A stretch of DNA of 64,000 nucleotides from Octopus sinensis. Taxonomy: Eukaryota. Of the stretch, positions 1 to 11,964 are shown one piece after another (position 1 is the first letter of the stretch; every line of letters starts with the position of its first letter). The stretch is taken from the NCBI RefSeq assembly GCF_006345805.1, contig NC_043000.1, positions 76,942,001 to 77,006,000 of the forward strand, written 5' to 3'. The notes under the pieces are model-generated. The model did not search any database and was not told the origin of the DNA. It saw only the letters and a list, made by a program, of their open reading frames with translations. The position numbers and the translations under genes were made by a program.

Positions 1-837
1 TAATCATGGGTGCATCAGTAACAGTGGTGATTTCTGTGGGAAGAAATAGAAAGAAAGAACAGTTCTTTTAATGGTTTAGTGAGAGGAAGAACAGCAGCTC
101 CTATGATTCTCTTCAAAATCTTTAAGTTTGGTGTGTGACAATTATCCTCAAACCAGAGATCTGGAAAATATGCTTCCAAAAAATGGACTTCACTAGCGGT
201 ACACAAAAGCCAGGTGGTGGTACGAAAACTAGGAACTCATTAAGTCTACCAGTTGAGAAAAGGAACAAACATTTTGATGGATATCCACAAAGATTCTATC
301 TACCAGATTCCCTGAAATCTGGGAATACTGTGCAATATACTGCACCTTGTATTGAGTAAATAGACCATGTTTTTAAAGCTTGTTAATTTGAATACAGTGT
401 GTTAAAAACAGTTTTGTTCTTCACTTTATTCAAGTCAATTAATAAAGATTAAACACACTGCTTTATAAGTGTATTAATATTTACGAGAATCTCTTAAAAA
501 AAAAATCATGTTCTTTACTTTTTTTTCTTCAACTTTCTTCCTATAAACATGTATAATATATAATTGGTACAGTATGATATATTTTTAGAATTTTAAGTGA
601 ATTATTAGATATCAAACACATCCTGTTTAAGATGTGTATTACATTTATCTCTTAAACACAATTTAGCTCTTTACTTTTCTTAGTTTATTTTATATTTTAA
701 GTATATAAGACTATTCCAGAAAACAAGAAACTCAAGAAAGGCACTCCTGGTCCCAAACTTGCCAGGTAATTGTTCTAGGATTGTATGTGTTTGTCTGTGT
801 GTATCCATATGTATACACATATACAGTGCACTGACAG

Positions 838-905
838 ACATATATATATATTATATATACATAATATATATATATAATATACATATATAATAATATATAA
901 TATAT

Positions 906-962
<57 letters not shown>

Positions 963-1017
963 ATATATATATAGGATATATATAATTATATATATATATA
1001 TATTATATATATATATA
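838..1017. repeat. (TA)n microsatellite, one of many; others at about 2150-2405, 3727-3772, 9250-9335, 16550-16625, 26770-26810, 39265-39310 (GA)n, 43092-43127, 48195-48250
   Basis: Dinucleotide runs seen directly; they explain most of the low-complexity YI/CV/HT ORFs in the track. Confidence 0.97.
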
Positions 1018-1021
1018 GAAC

Positions 1022-1173
1022 GTGACAGTAGGGGGTACACCACCGTTGTATAGCCTAGGAGGCATCGAACGCCTCCTGACAGCTTCGACACAAGAAAAAA
1101 AAATGTGTCGAAGCTGTGAGGAGGCGTTCGATGCCTCCTAGGGCTATACAACGGTGGTGTACCCCTGCTGCAC
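1022..1173. repeat. Near-perfect foldback palindrome, arms about 70 bp, 11-nt A-rich loop
   Basis: GGGGTACACCACCGTTGTATAGCC...CTTCGACACA is mirrored by TGTGTCGAAG...GGCTATACAACGGTGGTGTACCCC; loop 1093-1103. Confidence 0.95.
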
Positions 1174-1282
1174 ATTCTTGTTAGATTGACAGTATACAAC
1201 CATTCTATCGCCCCACCACCGTACAGGTCTCTACGAGAGATTTAGAAATTCAATATTTCTTATATATATATAATTCAAAATG

Positions 1283-1480
1283 TGACCACGTGTGTACTGT
1301 TGGCGATTTTTTCCCCCCTCCGTTTTACCTTCTCTGGATCTTTCCTTTTCCTATGATTCTGACGAAGAGCTCTGCTTGAATCGTAAAACCCTCCTTTTTC
1401 CCTTCCTTCCTGAGCGTCCAATAATACTATATTTATTCTACGTCCTCATGTTGTTGTGTTTTCATGTTTGGATTAACTTA
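1283..1480 (+). mobile_element. Penelope-like terminal repeat fragment with a degenerate minimal hammerhead-like motif
   Basis: CTGACGA-A-GAGC(TCT)GCTT-GAAT-CGT at 1359-1384 in a pyrimidine-rich segment between (TA)n tracts. Confidence 0.45.
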
Positions 1481-1512
1481 ATATATATATATATATGAAT
1501 ATATATATATAT

Positions 1513-1760
1513 ACTCTTTTACTCTTTTATTTGTGTCATTCATTTGACTGTGGCCATGCTGGAGCACCGCCTTTGGTCGAGCAAATCGACTCCAGGACTT
1601 ATTCTTTGTAAGCCTAGTACTTATTCTATCGGTCTCTTTTGCTGAACCGCTAAGTTACGGGGATGTAGAAACACCATCATCGGTTGTCAAGTGATGTTGG
1701 GGGGACAAACACAGACACACAAACATATACACACATACATACATATTCATATATACGACG
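1513..1760 (-). mobile_element. SINE family A, 3' half (truncated by the gap)
   Basis: Reverse complement of 52570-52815, including TTGACTGTGGCCATGCTGGAGCACCGCC. Confidence 0.9.
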
Positions 1761-1860
1761 NNNNNNNNNNNNNNNNNNNNNNNNNNNNNNNNNNNNNNNN
1801 NNNNNNNNNNNNNNNNNNNNNNNNNNNNNNNNNNNNNNNNNNNNNNNNNNNNNNNNNNNN
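1761..1860. other. Assembly gap (100 N)
   Basis: Run of n. Confidence 1.
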
Positions 1861-1935
1861 ATTATATATATTGATAATACGGTAAGATAACAAAAGAAAG
1901 AAAGATACCTCAATATTATGTAAATAGAGGAAATT

Positions 1936-2159
1936 TATCTATACAATAATATGTTACATTACTCGATAGTCAAGATAAAACTCTGAGTTTCAGATGCCGA
2001 AGTGGAAATCCACAACACCATCTCTTCGGTTATCTGGCTATTTATCTGGTTATCTAGCCAGATAACCGAAGAGATGGTGTTGTGGATTTCCACTTCGGCA
2101 TCTGAAACTCAGAGTTTTATCTTGACTATCGAGTAATGTAACATATTATTGTATAGATA
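1936..2159. repeat. Perfect foldback palindrome, 105-bp arms, 14-nt loop
   Basis: 1936-2040 is the reverse complement of 2055-2159; loop TTTATCTGGTTATC. Confidence 0.97.
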
Positions 2160-2177
2160 TATATATATATGTATATG

Positions 2178-2217
<40 letters not shown>

Positions 2218-2429
2218 TGTATATGTATATATATATGTATATATATATGTATATATATATGTATATATTATATATGTATATATATCTATGTACGTGTATA
2301 TATATATATATGTATATATATATGTATATATATATGTATATATATGTATATGTATTTATATATGTATATATATATATATGTATATGTATATATATATGTA
2401 TATAAATATGCTGTACGTGAGAAGACCAG

Positions 2430-2935
2430 GCAAGACAAGTGAGCCCAGCCCACTTATGAATGCCTTTCCTCCCTTGGACACAAAGACCTGTTGAGGTAAG
2501 CGAAGTCGATATAGAACCTCATCTGACGACAGGCACCCATGCCAACCCCCTTTACTTGCGAAGACATGTTGGGGCAAGCGAAATCGAAATCGAATAGAAC
2601 CAGCCAGGATCCCTGGTCTGGTGGTACGTAAAAAGCATCATCCGACTCGTGGCCGATGCCAGCGCCGCCTCGACTGGCTTCCGTGCCGGAGGCACGTAAA
2701 ATACACCAATCCGACCGTGGCCGTTGCCAGCCTCGCCTGGCACCTGTGCAGGTGGCACGTAAAAAGCACCCACTACACTCATGGAGTGGTTGGCGTTAGG
2801 AAGGGCATCCAGCTGTAGAAACATTGCCAGATAAGACTGCAGCCTGGTGCAGCCTTCTGGCTTTCCAGATCCCCGGTCGAACCGTCCAACCCATGCTAGT
2901 ATGGAGAACGGACGTTAAACAATGATGATGATGAT
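2430..2935 (+). mobile_element. Non-autonomous or 5'-truncated retroelement with an RTE-type 3' end and (GAT)n tail
   Basis: Repeated GGCACGTAAAA units, then GTTAGGAAGGGCATCCAGCTGTAGAAAC...CCGTCCAACCCATGCTAG...GACGTTAAACAATGATGATG. The repeated units match the RTE 3' UTR at 21085-21300. Confidence 0.8.
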
Positions 2936-2936
2936 G

Positions 2937-2967
<31 letters not shown>

Positions 2968-3374
2968 GTATATATATTGTTATGAGGGGGGGGACCTCCG
3001 ATTCGAACTGTTACAGAATCCCTCACACACAGGCCTGTGCGATGCAGCGAATGTTTTCGCCACGGAAACTCGTCAGAGAGAGAGATACAACAACAACAAC
3101 AGCAGCAGCACAGAGGCAATCGAGAGAGACACAAAGAGGCAAGGCACAACTGGCTTACATTTAACAACTAGTATTCATAGCGTAATTACCTTTGAAGGTA
3201 AGATTTCTAGTCGTAAAAGAATTATTGATAACAAACATAACTTACGCACCGATACAATGAAGGCAGATAACCCTTATTTAATTCCCTATTATCGATCTAT
3301 AAGTAAATATAACACCTTCAAAGGTAATTACGCTATGAATACTAGTAAAAATATTTGGTTAATAATTCCTTACG

Positions 3375-3724
3375 GGAGACAAATTAAACTGAGGGCCAGG
3401 TACTGCAATAGTCTAAGGCTCAAAGGCCCACAGTTCTTCAATGCCCTGCCACAAAAATTAAGAAATTTGCATAAGTTGGAAGTAGATGTCTTCAAAAAAA
3501 GAACTAGACATCCTCCTCTCCACAATATCAGATGAACCAACAGCCCGACATGAGGTACAGACAAGAGCAGTGTATCAAACTCCCTTATACACCAGATGTA
3601 CCAACAGCTGGGACAAAAGCACATACAGGAGTGCTGAATGTGAAACACCCAGATTGAGTAAGTCAGAAAGACCATGGTGGTGCTCCAGAATGACCACAGC
3701 TGCATGGCTGAAACAAGTGAAAGA

Positions 3725-3725
<1 letters not shown>
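3375..3725 (+). mobile_element. CR1/L2-group LINE 3' fragment (RT C-terminus plus 3' UTR)
   Basis: YCNSLRLKGPQFFNALPQKLRNL...VFKK/ELDILLSTISDEP across a frameshift resembles the CR1/L2 ORF2 C-terminus; followed by (TA)n. Confidence 0.75.
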
Positions 3726-3769
<44 letters not shown>

Positions 3770-4451
3770 ATAAACCCCCCATACACATGCCACCATTACT
3801 ACACCCACCACCTCCACTTCCACCATCAACCAACAGCAGCTAGTTCTCTGCAAGACTGACTGTGGTTAGTTGTATTGGCAGAAAGCTTAACAAAAGCTAG
3901 ACATACATCTTCCCCATTTAGATACACCCCCTCGCTACCAATACATCCCTACTAATACTGACTACCATATCAATACCACCACCACGAATGCAATACAAAC
4001 AACATTCCATCACATTATCAGCATAACCACTAAAATTAATACTACCACACTACCACATTCTGTATTCCACTACATTCTATACTAGCTCTTACATTTAGTA
4101 GCTGTATGTTACAGAAAAAAAGGAGCTCTTAGTAAGTCTCACTTTCAATGTTAGAAATCTGTACATATACATACACACTGATACACACGCACACACATGC
4201 CTGCAGATGTAATACACCACCTGTTCCTCACCCTTGCTGACACTCAACTCTAAAACACATCTGATTATAGCACAATAACACAGTAACAATATAGATAGCT
4301 CCAGCATAATAAATACAACAGTGATATAGCTACAGTTTTATGAAGTCCAAGAATCTCATACAGCAGGCAACCCAACCTCATATGACATGACCATGACAAT
4401 AATGATGAGACAAAGGAGGAGGAGGAGGAGGAGGGAGATGTTAACAACAAC

Positions 4452-4590
4452 AGGCACAGTTGTGTGATTCAGAAATTTGTTTCACAACCATGTGGTTTTG
4501 GGTTCAGTCCCACTGCATGGCACCTTGGGCGATCAAACAAAGCATTAAGTGAAATTTAGTGGATAGAACCTATGTAGAAAGCAGTCAGAA
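4452..4590 (+). mobile_element. SINE family A, degenerate 5' tRNA-like head; other copies at about 30340-30480(-), 38260-38610(-), 48820-49000(+), 49980-50220(-), 60765-60900(+)
   Basis: GGTTCAGTCCCACTGCATGGCACCTTGGG (B-box-like) is shared with the other copies. Confidence 0.7.
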
Positions 4591-4647
4591 GACCATTCCT
4601 ATTCTTGAGTGAGTTATCCAGTTTAACATCATCTATTTAGGTGGTAC

Positions 4648-4765
4648 CTTTAACAGAGTTTTCTCTGTTGAAGTTAGCCAGGTCTCCAGCCTTAGGATCT
4701 TTTCTCTCATTCTTTCATCAGATGTAGAGACCCTAAGAAGCATCATGGGTGTTACTATTTCTGCT
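4648..4765 (-). CDS. Candidate internal exon of a host gene (AEIVTPMMLLRVSTSDERMREKILRLETWLTSTEKTLLK)
   Basis: T-rich acceptor ttttttatctgcttag, open frame, weak AAG|gtacca donor; LETWLTSTEKTL resembles a spectrin-repeat helix; unconfirmed. Confidence 0.3.
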
Positions 4766-5599
4766 CTAAGCAGATAAAAAAAAATTAAAAAATTTGACAA
4801 CGATTACTAATGTTGGCACAAAGCCACACATTTTGCGGGATGAGTGGTATGTAGCTGGTTAAGTCAAACCCCAGTATTTCCTTTATCAACCTTGCAAGGT
4901 TAAAAGGCAAAGTCAGGCTCAAACTGAAAATGTTAACTGATGTAACTAAATACCTTATAGGTAATTAATTTGGCACTACAGTTTTTCTGACAGCACCAGT
5001 GGTGGTAGCAACAACAACAATGACCACGGTGATGATATTAACTTCTATTTTTTGCTAACAGAATACACAGACACAAAGGAAAGATTATTGTAAAATATTT
5101 CCCTGAAGCATAGTTTCTCTGTCTGTCTGTCTGTCTCTCTCTCTCACACATACAACAACGAACCTCCCATACCTACAAGGTATTCAAACACATAGCTACA
5201 CAGAAACAGTTAGTTCCCTACTAACTAGAGATCTATACTGACCAAACTATACGCTACACACACATCAGAGGTCCCTAATAATAATATAATTTACTGCTAA
5301 ACAGAGACTAATTACTTCCCTATCATCTCCCAAAATAGCAAAGGTTCATTTACTAAATATATTATAAACTCTGACAATGAGATGGCCTCAACATATTTGC
5401 TAAATCTGCTTAGAAACGGCAAGTAAATTCTTCTCAAACCACACCTTGCTGTCATTTTCCTTTTGTAGTCCTATATACATTTACCTAAATAAAGGATTGG
5501 AAAATCTTAGAGTATGTTCGCTTCATTTCTTTCTAGTCTTTGCAGGTCCACTGCATACAAAACCTGTCTGCCGTTCACTGAGAGTGAGAAAACTTTTGA

Positions 5600-6560
5600 T
5601 ACCAACAAAGTTAGTAGTTCTCTCAACTTTCTCCTATCTGTTCTTATTCTGGCAACAATACTTTTAGAACATTCTTCACTACTAGGTCACATTGGTAACA
5701 AAAATATGAACTACTTTTAATGATAGTCCAGGAAACTGAGGATCTATTTCTAATGTATTCTTAGTGTTTATCACCCTTGTGCATCTGTCATATACAAAAT
5801 CTGCTTTCTTTGTTAATCTACCCATGGTTCCACTGCACCTCTTGAGTGTTCATAGTTTGCATTGGCTGCACTGTAAGAAATTTCTTCCCGTTCATTTTCT
5901 AAATATTGAGCAAAGCCATTTCCTCCATTGAAGCAAGGTCTTGTTTGTTTTCCTACATACAAACATGTTAGTCTTAGTTAAGTTAACTTTGAGGTCCTTT
6001 GATTCCAAGTTTTGCTTCTATGTCTGAAATTTCTTTCTTTAATTCTGATTAAAGAGTCAGTTATATGAACAAGGTCATCAGCATATAGGAGTTTTCACAG
6101 GTATCCAATCTTAAAGTTTTATATCATAGCCTGGAGGGGATAGAAGGGGAATGAGTATTGACATTTGATGGACTCTTATCTACACATTAAATTTGTCACT
6201 GTACTCATTGCCAACTCTCACTTTACTTACAGCACTCCTGTACATGGCTTGTATGGCTCTCACAGCCCATTCCTCTACTCCAAGTTTCCTCAGTACCCAC
6301 CAGATTATGGAGCAGGTTATTCTGTTGAAGACTTTTTCAGGTTGACAAATGTTAGGTATAGCTGCTTTACTCTTAGCTAAGTATGTTTGCAGGTGTCTCT
6401 TAGAGAAAATGGCAACAAATCAAACTGCATCTCATCTAGACAAACTCTCTATCTAATCAATTAACCTATAACACTTTCTGTGACTGTCATGACCTGGTTC
6501 AACAATTTGCTGATACTCTTATAGTTACCTCTCTAAGGTATTTCTTTTACCCTTGTAACA
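5600..6560 (-). pseudogene. Highly decayed RTE LINE reverse-transcriptase fragment
   Basis: Minus strand reads LLYADDL at about 6070-6095; collinear similarity to 22100-22800. Confidence 0.75.
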
Positions 6561-7552
6561 GCTAACTATAATGCTACTACAGCTGTCAATAAACTAGCAA
6601 TTTATTTACATGCATAGTCTAATTGTGTCAAGAAAGAAATAAACTTAAATTTTTTTCAAGAGAAGCCTTGTTAAAAGTGGGATACATCTTATAAACTGTC
6701 AAATACAAAGGCCCATCTTTCAGTTAAACTCAGCATGGCAAGTTAAAGAACTATTCAATTTTAGAATGTTGTGGCTTCATGTTGTGTAGATGTGTGTGTA
6801 TTATAAACCAATACACTTATTACATACATGTATTATAAACCAATACACTTATTACATACTATCTTCTATGACTTAAATCAAGTCTTTTGGTTGTCCCTAT
6901 CTGGTCTTGCTTTATAAATGTGTCTAGTATTATCCCTTATCTTTCTTTTGGGAAGAATGTGTTTGTTCCTCCAAGTTTATCCCTTTGCTGATTAAATTTT
7001 CTTCAATGTTGTTCATTTAAAAATTTTCCTGTTTTGTTAATATTTTCTTCTCCTATCTTGGTAAATTATCAATATTCTTTATTAGTCTTTTCACTAAAGC
7101 AGACTTAACATTGTAATTTCTCTTCTTTAATTTTAGTTCTATTAGCATGTGCATGTGTGTGGGTATATCAACATGTTTAATGTGTGTGTGCATTAGTGCA
7201 ACTGTATGTCTCCTTATCCTATCACACACATAATCTGTGAACAAGCAACATCTCTTGACACTAAAATATCATAAAACTATTGCTAATATTTTCTCCCAAA
7301 CTAGTACTTACACAACAGTCTGGAGATTTCTGTTTGGAATTATCTCTTTCCTGTTCTTCGCCAGCTAATAACACTGATGACTACTATTATCAGTGATAAG
7401 AATTGCTGGATGTTAACTTTTATCTATTGTAATCAATTATTCTCTCCCTCATCCACTTTGAGTATAACAGATTTAAGTTATAACCAATCCCCAGTGGAGA
7501 TTGAATTTGAGGAACATGTCCAGCTTGTGTAGTTAATGAATCAGTTATTACC

Positions 7553-7735
7553 TTAATCCTTTAGCATTTAAACCCAGCCATATCTGGCCCAAATATTTTG
7601 CCCGACTTATGATCAAACTGATCAGATCCAACCTCTCTCACCTACTCTACAATGTCATTCGAAAAATAAACAATCACATTTGTACTTTGTTTTTTCTTTT
7701 GAAAATAATGTATGTATTTAGCATATGAGGTTAAT
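7553..7735 (+). mobile_element. piggyBac-like MITE, degenerate copy
   Basis: Similar to 13810-14030 and 31114-31297; TTAA-bounded. Confidence 0.65.
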
Positions 7736-9254
7736 GATTCAGATTGGCTACTGACTCCATACTAAGCCTACCATTCCCAAATGAATCAAATAGTATATTT
7801 AAAACCATCTTTCACTCAAAATTTTATATGCTACATTCAGTAAATATCATCTAATAGACTTTTAATGGAGTATTACCTGAAGATGTAGCAAAGTTATGTA
7901 AACATGTTATATAATCTTGCATGTTATTACATGCCAAATTACATGATTATATTATTGTCCATTCAGAAGAGCTTCAAACTAATCAACAAAACTCCTTTCC
8001 GTGCCCTTCTTTCAATAGAAATATTTGGCATTTGGCACAGTGAATCAGATTTCTACTTTTATAAGCTCATATTCACACTTGTATATTTTTCTTCTGGTCT
8101 TATAGCTGTTATAATTAATGATAATCATGTATACAATTTTAATTGCTGTGAAATTTCTTATTGTTGTTCAAATCAAACTTTGCCTTTATCATTCAATGTT
8201 TCAAGTTTTCTAGTTCCTATTTGTTTTTAAGAAGTATTTGACTGGAAATCAAATTTGTTAACTTGTCACTTTGACTGATGACAGGCAGGTTTGATTTGGT
8301 ACCATTAAAAATACTCCAATTCCATGGAATAAGTGTTACTCCAAAAGGTACTATGTCCCAGTATGTATGGGAGATAAAGCAAGATGTTTCACTAATTTAG
8401 CCATCATCAGCAGAAGTATAAATCTCACTTGCTGCTTAACAGTTAGTAACTGAAGCTGAAAACCAATGTAGTAAATTGCACATTTGTTGATGTATGTGAG
8501 TGTAGGAAGGAAAGAGAAAGAAAGCATTATTTAGAAATTAAAAAAAGTCTGGGTCATCTGCATAAAGAATTATAGTAAAGTGGGCTAAATCACTGAAAAT
8601 GCCTGAAATATGCAAAAAGCAAAAGGAAATATGGTGTGAAAGAATAAATACAATATTTTTTGGTCTGTAACACTTAATATTGTTTAGCATTTTTAGATAT
8701 AGGAAATAACTCTTGTGTTTTAACTCTTATTTAGGATCATCAGCAGATGCTACTAAGGCACATTTAAGTGATTTTGGTGACATCCAAGTTGAAATGATGA
8801 AGTATTAAAGTAGTAGGGTGGCACTGGTAACTTCTAGTTTGTTGGCACAATGAAAAGTACAGCTTATAACATAAGCAAAACAGAGCAAGTTATATAATGC
8901 ATTTTATGTCAATGTTAAGTTTATTGGAATGAAGCCAACACCTTGACATACACATTTTGGTAACATTTCATTGATAGTGCTTTCATCAATGGGTGTTTGT
9001 TAACTTTATATAGTTGAGAGTGTTTTGCCATTGTTTACAAGCATAAATTATTCCTCATTACATCTGATACTTTATCATTCAATGGTATGTGATGTGAGAG
9101 TGTGTAGAAAGGAAATTATACACATACAAACAAGCATGCATCCACTGAGAGATGTAAAAAGAAATAAAGAGAAAAAGAACTGATATTAGAAAAATGTTTA
9201 AGTAAAATAGAGAATACACAGAGGTAACAGGTGGCATATACAAATTATATACAT

Positions 9255-9335
<81 letters not shown>

Positions 9336-10771
9336 AAGGGTTGACAGGTGAGTAATGCAAGTGTTGCTGGCATGAAAAGAAGAGGCTTTCTAATTAGAAA
9401 TCTAATGCTAGTCTGGTTTGTGCTTTTTGCTTGCACTGACCTTACAACGGATTACAATGAAACATTCATCCAGCCAATCAGCACCTGGAGTAGCCAACTT
9501 AGTAGATAACCGCATGTGTGTAGCTTGGGTGAGGTTCGATTGAGAGTTGTTCAGGTATGCGCTACACTGCTTTCTACAGAGTATTTGCTACATCAGAGGA
9601 GAAGAGAAGTTTTTGAAGAAGCTGTTGCTTAAAAACATATATATACTCTCTCTCATACACTCATCTAATCATTATCATCATTTAACATCCATTTACATGC
9701 ATAATTTGTACTTTGGTTCATGAATAGGAATACAAAAACAAAAATATTTCCTTGTATAGATGACAAAGAACCAACTGCTAAAGACAAACTGCCACACACA
9801 TGAATGTGTGCACACACACATACACACAAACATACATCTTTTCCAGAACAAGAGAAACAAAATTCCATAAGAGAACAGATGCCTTTTACTCATAAAACAA
9901 TTCCCCAAATCACTCAGCTGTAAAAAAATATCATTAATCAGGAATTATATAGCTAACTAGACTCACCATGACCCATTGGGTCACCAGGAAGCTCAGTTTC
10001 CCAGCAATGGAGTTTTGTTTTGTAGGTCTTTTCTTTTCCAGGTTATTTTGCATGCTTTCCTTGAATGTGACATCGAAATCACATGTAAACAGCGTCTTTC
10101 CCCCAGGAAAGGAAAGATTTGGCTGCTATTTCTTGCATTCCCTGCTACCACGTAACAAGTATGTCGGATCCTTTATTGCAAATAGCTGTTATGTAGTAGC
10201 AGGGCGTACTAGAAATAGCAGCCAAATCTTTGGCGGTGAGATAATGTTGAATGCACTCGCCAAAAAAAAAAAACCTAGGGTAAAGAACTATTTCACACCA
10301 AGGTTACGAAGTTCATTAAATATATGTTTATGTATGTATGCATGTATATACGCATATATGCATGTATGTATGTGAGCATTTACGTATGTGTGGAGACGTG
10401 CCTATGTGTATGTATATGTAAACATATGTTTATGTACTGTCATGTGCGCATGTTCAAGTTGCACATGTGACTGTTACTCAGTTGAAGGTTGTATGAACAT
10501 ATATATATATATTTACAGTAAAAAAACAAATCGTATTTTTTCATTGTCAAACCAGTCTAATCGAAAGGTTAGAGTTTCTTCCCTTTCAGGATGAAGTTAA
10601 ATTTGGAACATTTTCACAGTATGCACCATTTTGGGTATTTATACCCCAAATCCAAATATCTCAATAACTACTGCTCCAATTTACATATAAATTAAGGGTA
10701 AACTTAATTTATAGTTTCGTTTTGGGATTTGGTTTGCAAGATTCTTTATGTGAGTTAGTGTGTTGAAGTAT

Positions 10772-10938
10772 ATTCTGTTGTGTCTGGGGAGTCATTCTCT
10801 TTTAGTGCTTTATAATTTAACACACTCACCCGTAAAATTTCCACTAAAATAAAAAAGAAATAAGTGGAAATTTTACCAGTGAGTGTGTTAAATTATAAGG
10901 CACTAAAAGAGAATGACTTTCCCCAGACACAATAGAAT
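10772..10938. repeat. Foldback palindrome, arms about 75 bp
   Basis: TGTGTCTGGGGAGTCATTCTCTTTTAGTG...TTTCCACT is mirrored by AGTGGAAA...CACTAAAAGAGAATGACTTTCCCCAGACACA. Confidence 0.92.
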
Positions 10939-11099
10939 TAATTCATAGTATTTTCCCATTATGTGCCAGTTTGTCAGGGTAACATTGCAGGCAAGCAAGC
11001 AAGCAAGATTGAAACTGACCTTTAATGTATTATAGATAGATATGTCGTCAATTATTATTTTAAATAACCTGTTCATAATGAGCCTTTCTCGAAACATTT

Positions 11100-11420
11100 A
11101 AAACCTTACACACATGCACACAAATTAATAACACAATATCCTATCTACAACTGTAAATACAAACACCACATTATAATAATAACATAAACTACCAATGAAG
11201 AAGCCAGAAAAAAGCAACCACTCAACCAAGACACATGAAAAACCAACCAATGAACAAACGTAAGCACTAGACTAAAGGATATGAATACATCATCAATACT
11301 AGGTTGTAAACAGTTCTTACCTGAAGATTGCAGCAGTATGAAACTATATCACAAACACATACATGAATTACTTGTAGGAACACCTTATTTCGTTGTGCAA
11401 CCATAATATACTACCAGGTA
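11100..11420 (+). mobile_element. Possible decayed Penelope-like 3' end
   Basis: A/C-rich strand, PIYNCKYKHH-like peptide, CTGAAGA...GAAAC motif at 11321-11344. Confidence 0.3.
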
Positions 11421-11964
11421 AATTAAAAGCTTTATAAGTCAATGCCGTGTCCTGCTGTGTTATTAAATTACCTTTTAAGGTTATCTCTACAGATTTTCTA
11501 TAGGAATTAGAGCCAGCACTGATTTATTACAATGTTTTGTCTCCTAAGATGCCTAATGCAAACAAAGCAACTGAAGATGGGAAAAAAATAGGTAATAGGT
11601 GTATATGCATATTTCAAGAGATCTTGCTCCTTCTTCAGCATTGCACCCAAACAAACACATTAACTAGCCACTAAATATAGCAGTGTAACATTATTGGATA
11701 TATGTACTTTAATGAACTTGTCAGCCCACTCTCGTATATATACATATATATAAATAAAGTTATAAATGATGAGAGAAATAATATGATGAAATTTATTTAG
11801 CCATTGGAATATTCATATATCACAACAAACTGTGATATATGAATTTCTTGTATCTTACTACATACTGCATGTTTTGTAGAACGATACTTTAAGGAGTTTT
11901 TTTTTTATGAGTACTACCAGATTAGTGGAATCCATATATTGTGACATATATATATATATATATA

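Noticed and set aside
732-3000. Many ORFs rich in YI, CV or HT
   Set aside because: They are translations of (TA)n and (CA)n microsatellites or span the N gap
2948-3535. 195-aa ORF
   Set aside because: Chance read-through from a microsatellite and non-coding repeat into a LINE C-terminal fragment
8735-8826. Plus-strand exon-like segment with AG/GT borders
   Set aside because: The best frame stops inside it and there are no partner exons; expected by chance
9440-9640. CCAAT-containing promoter-like segment
   Set aside because: Single short motif with no linked exon or ORF support
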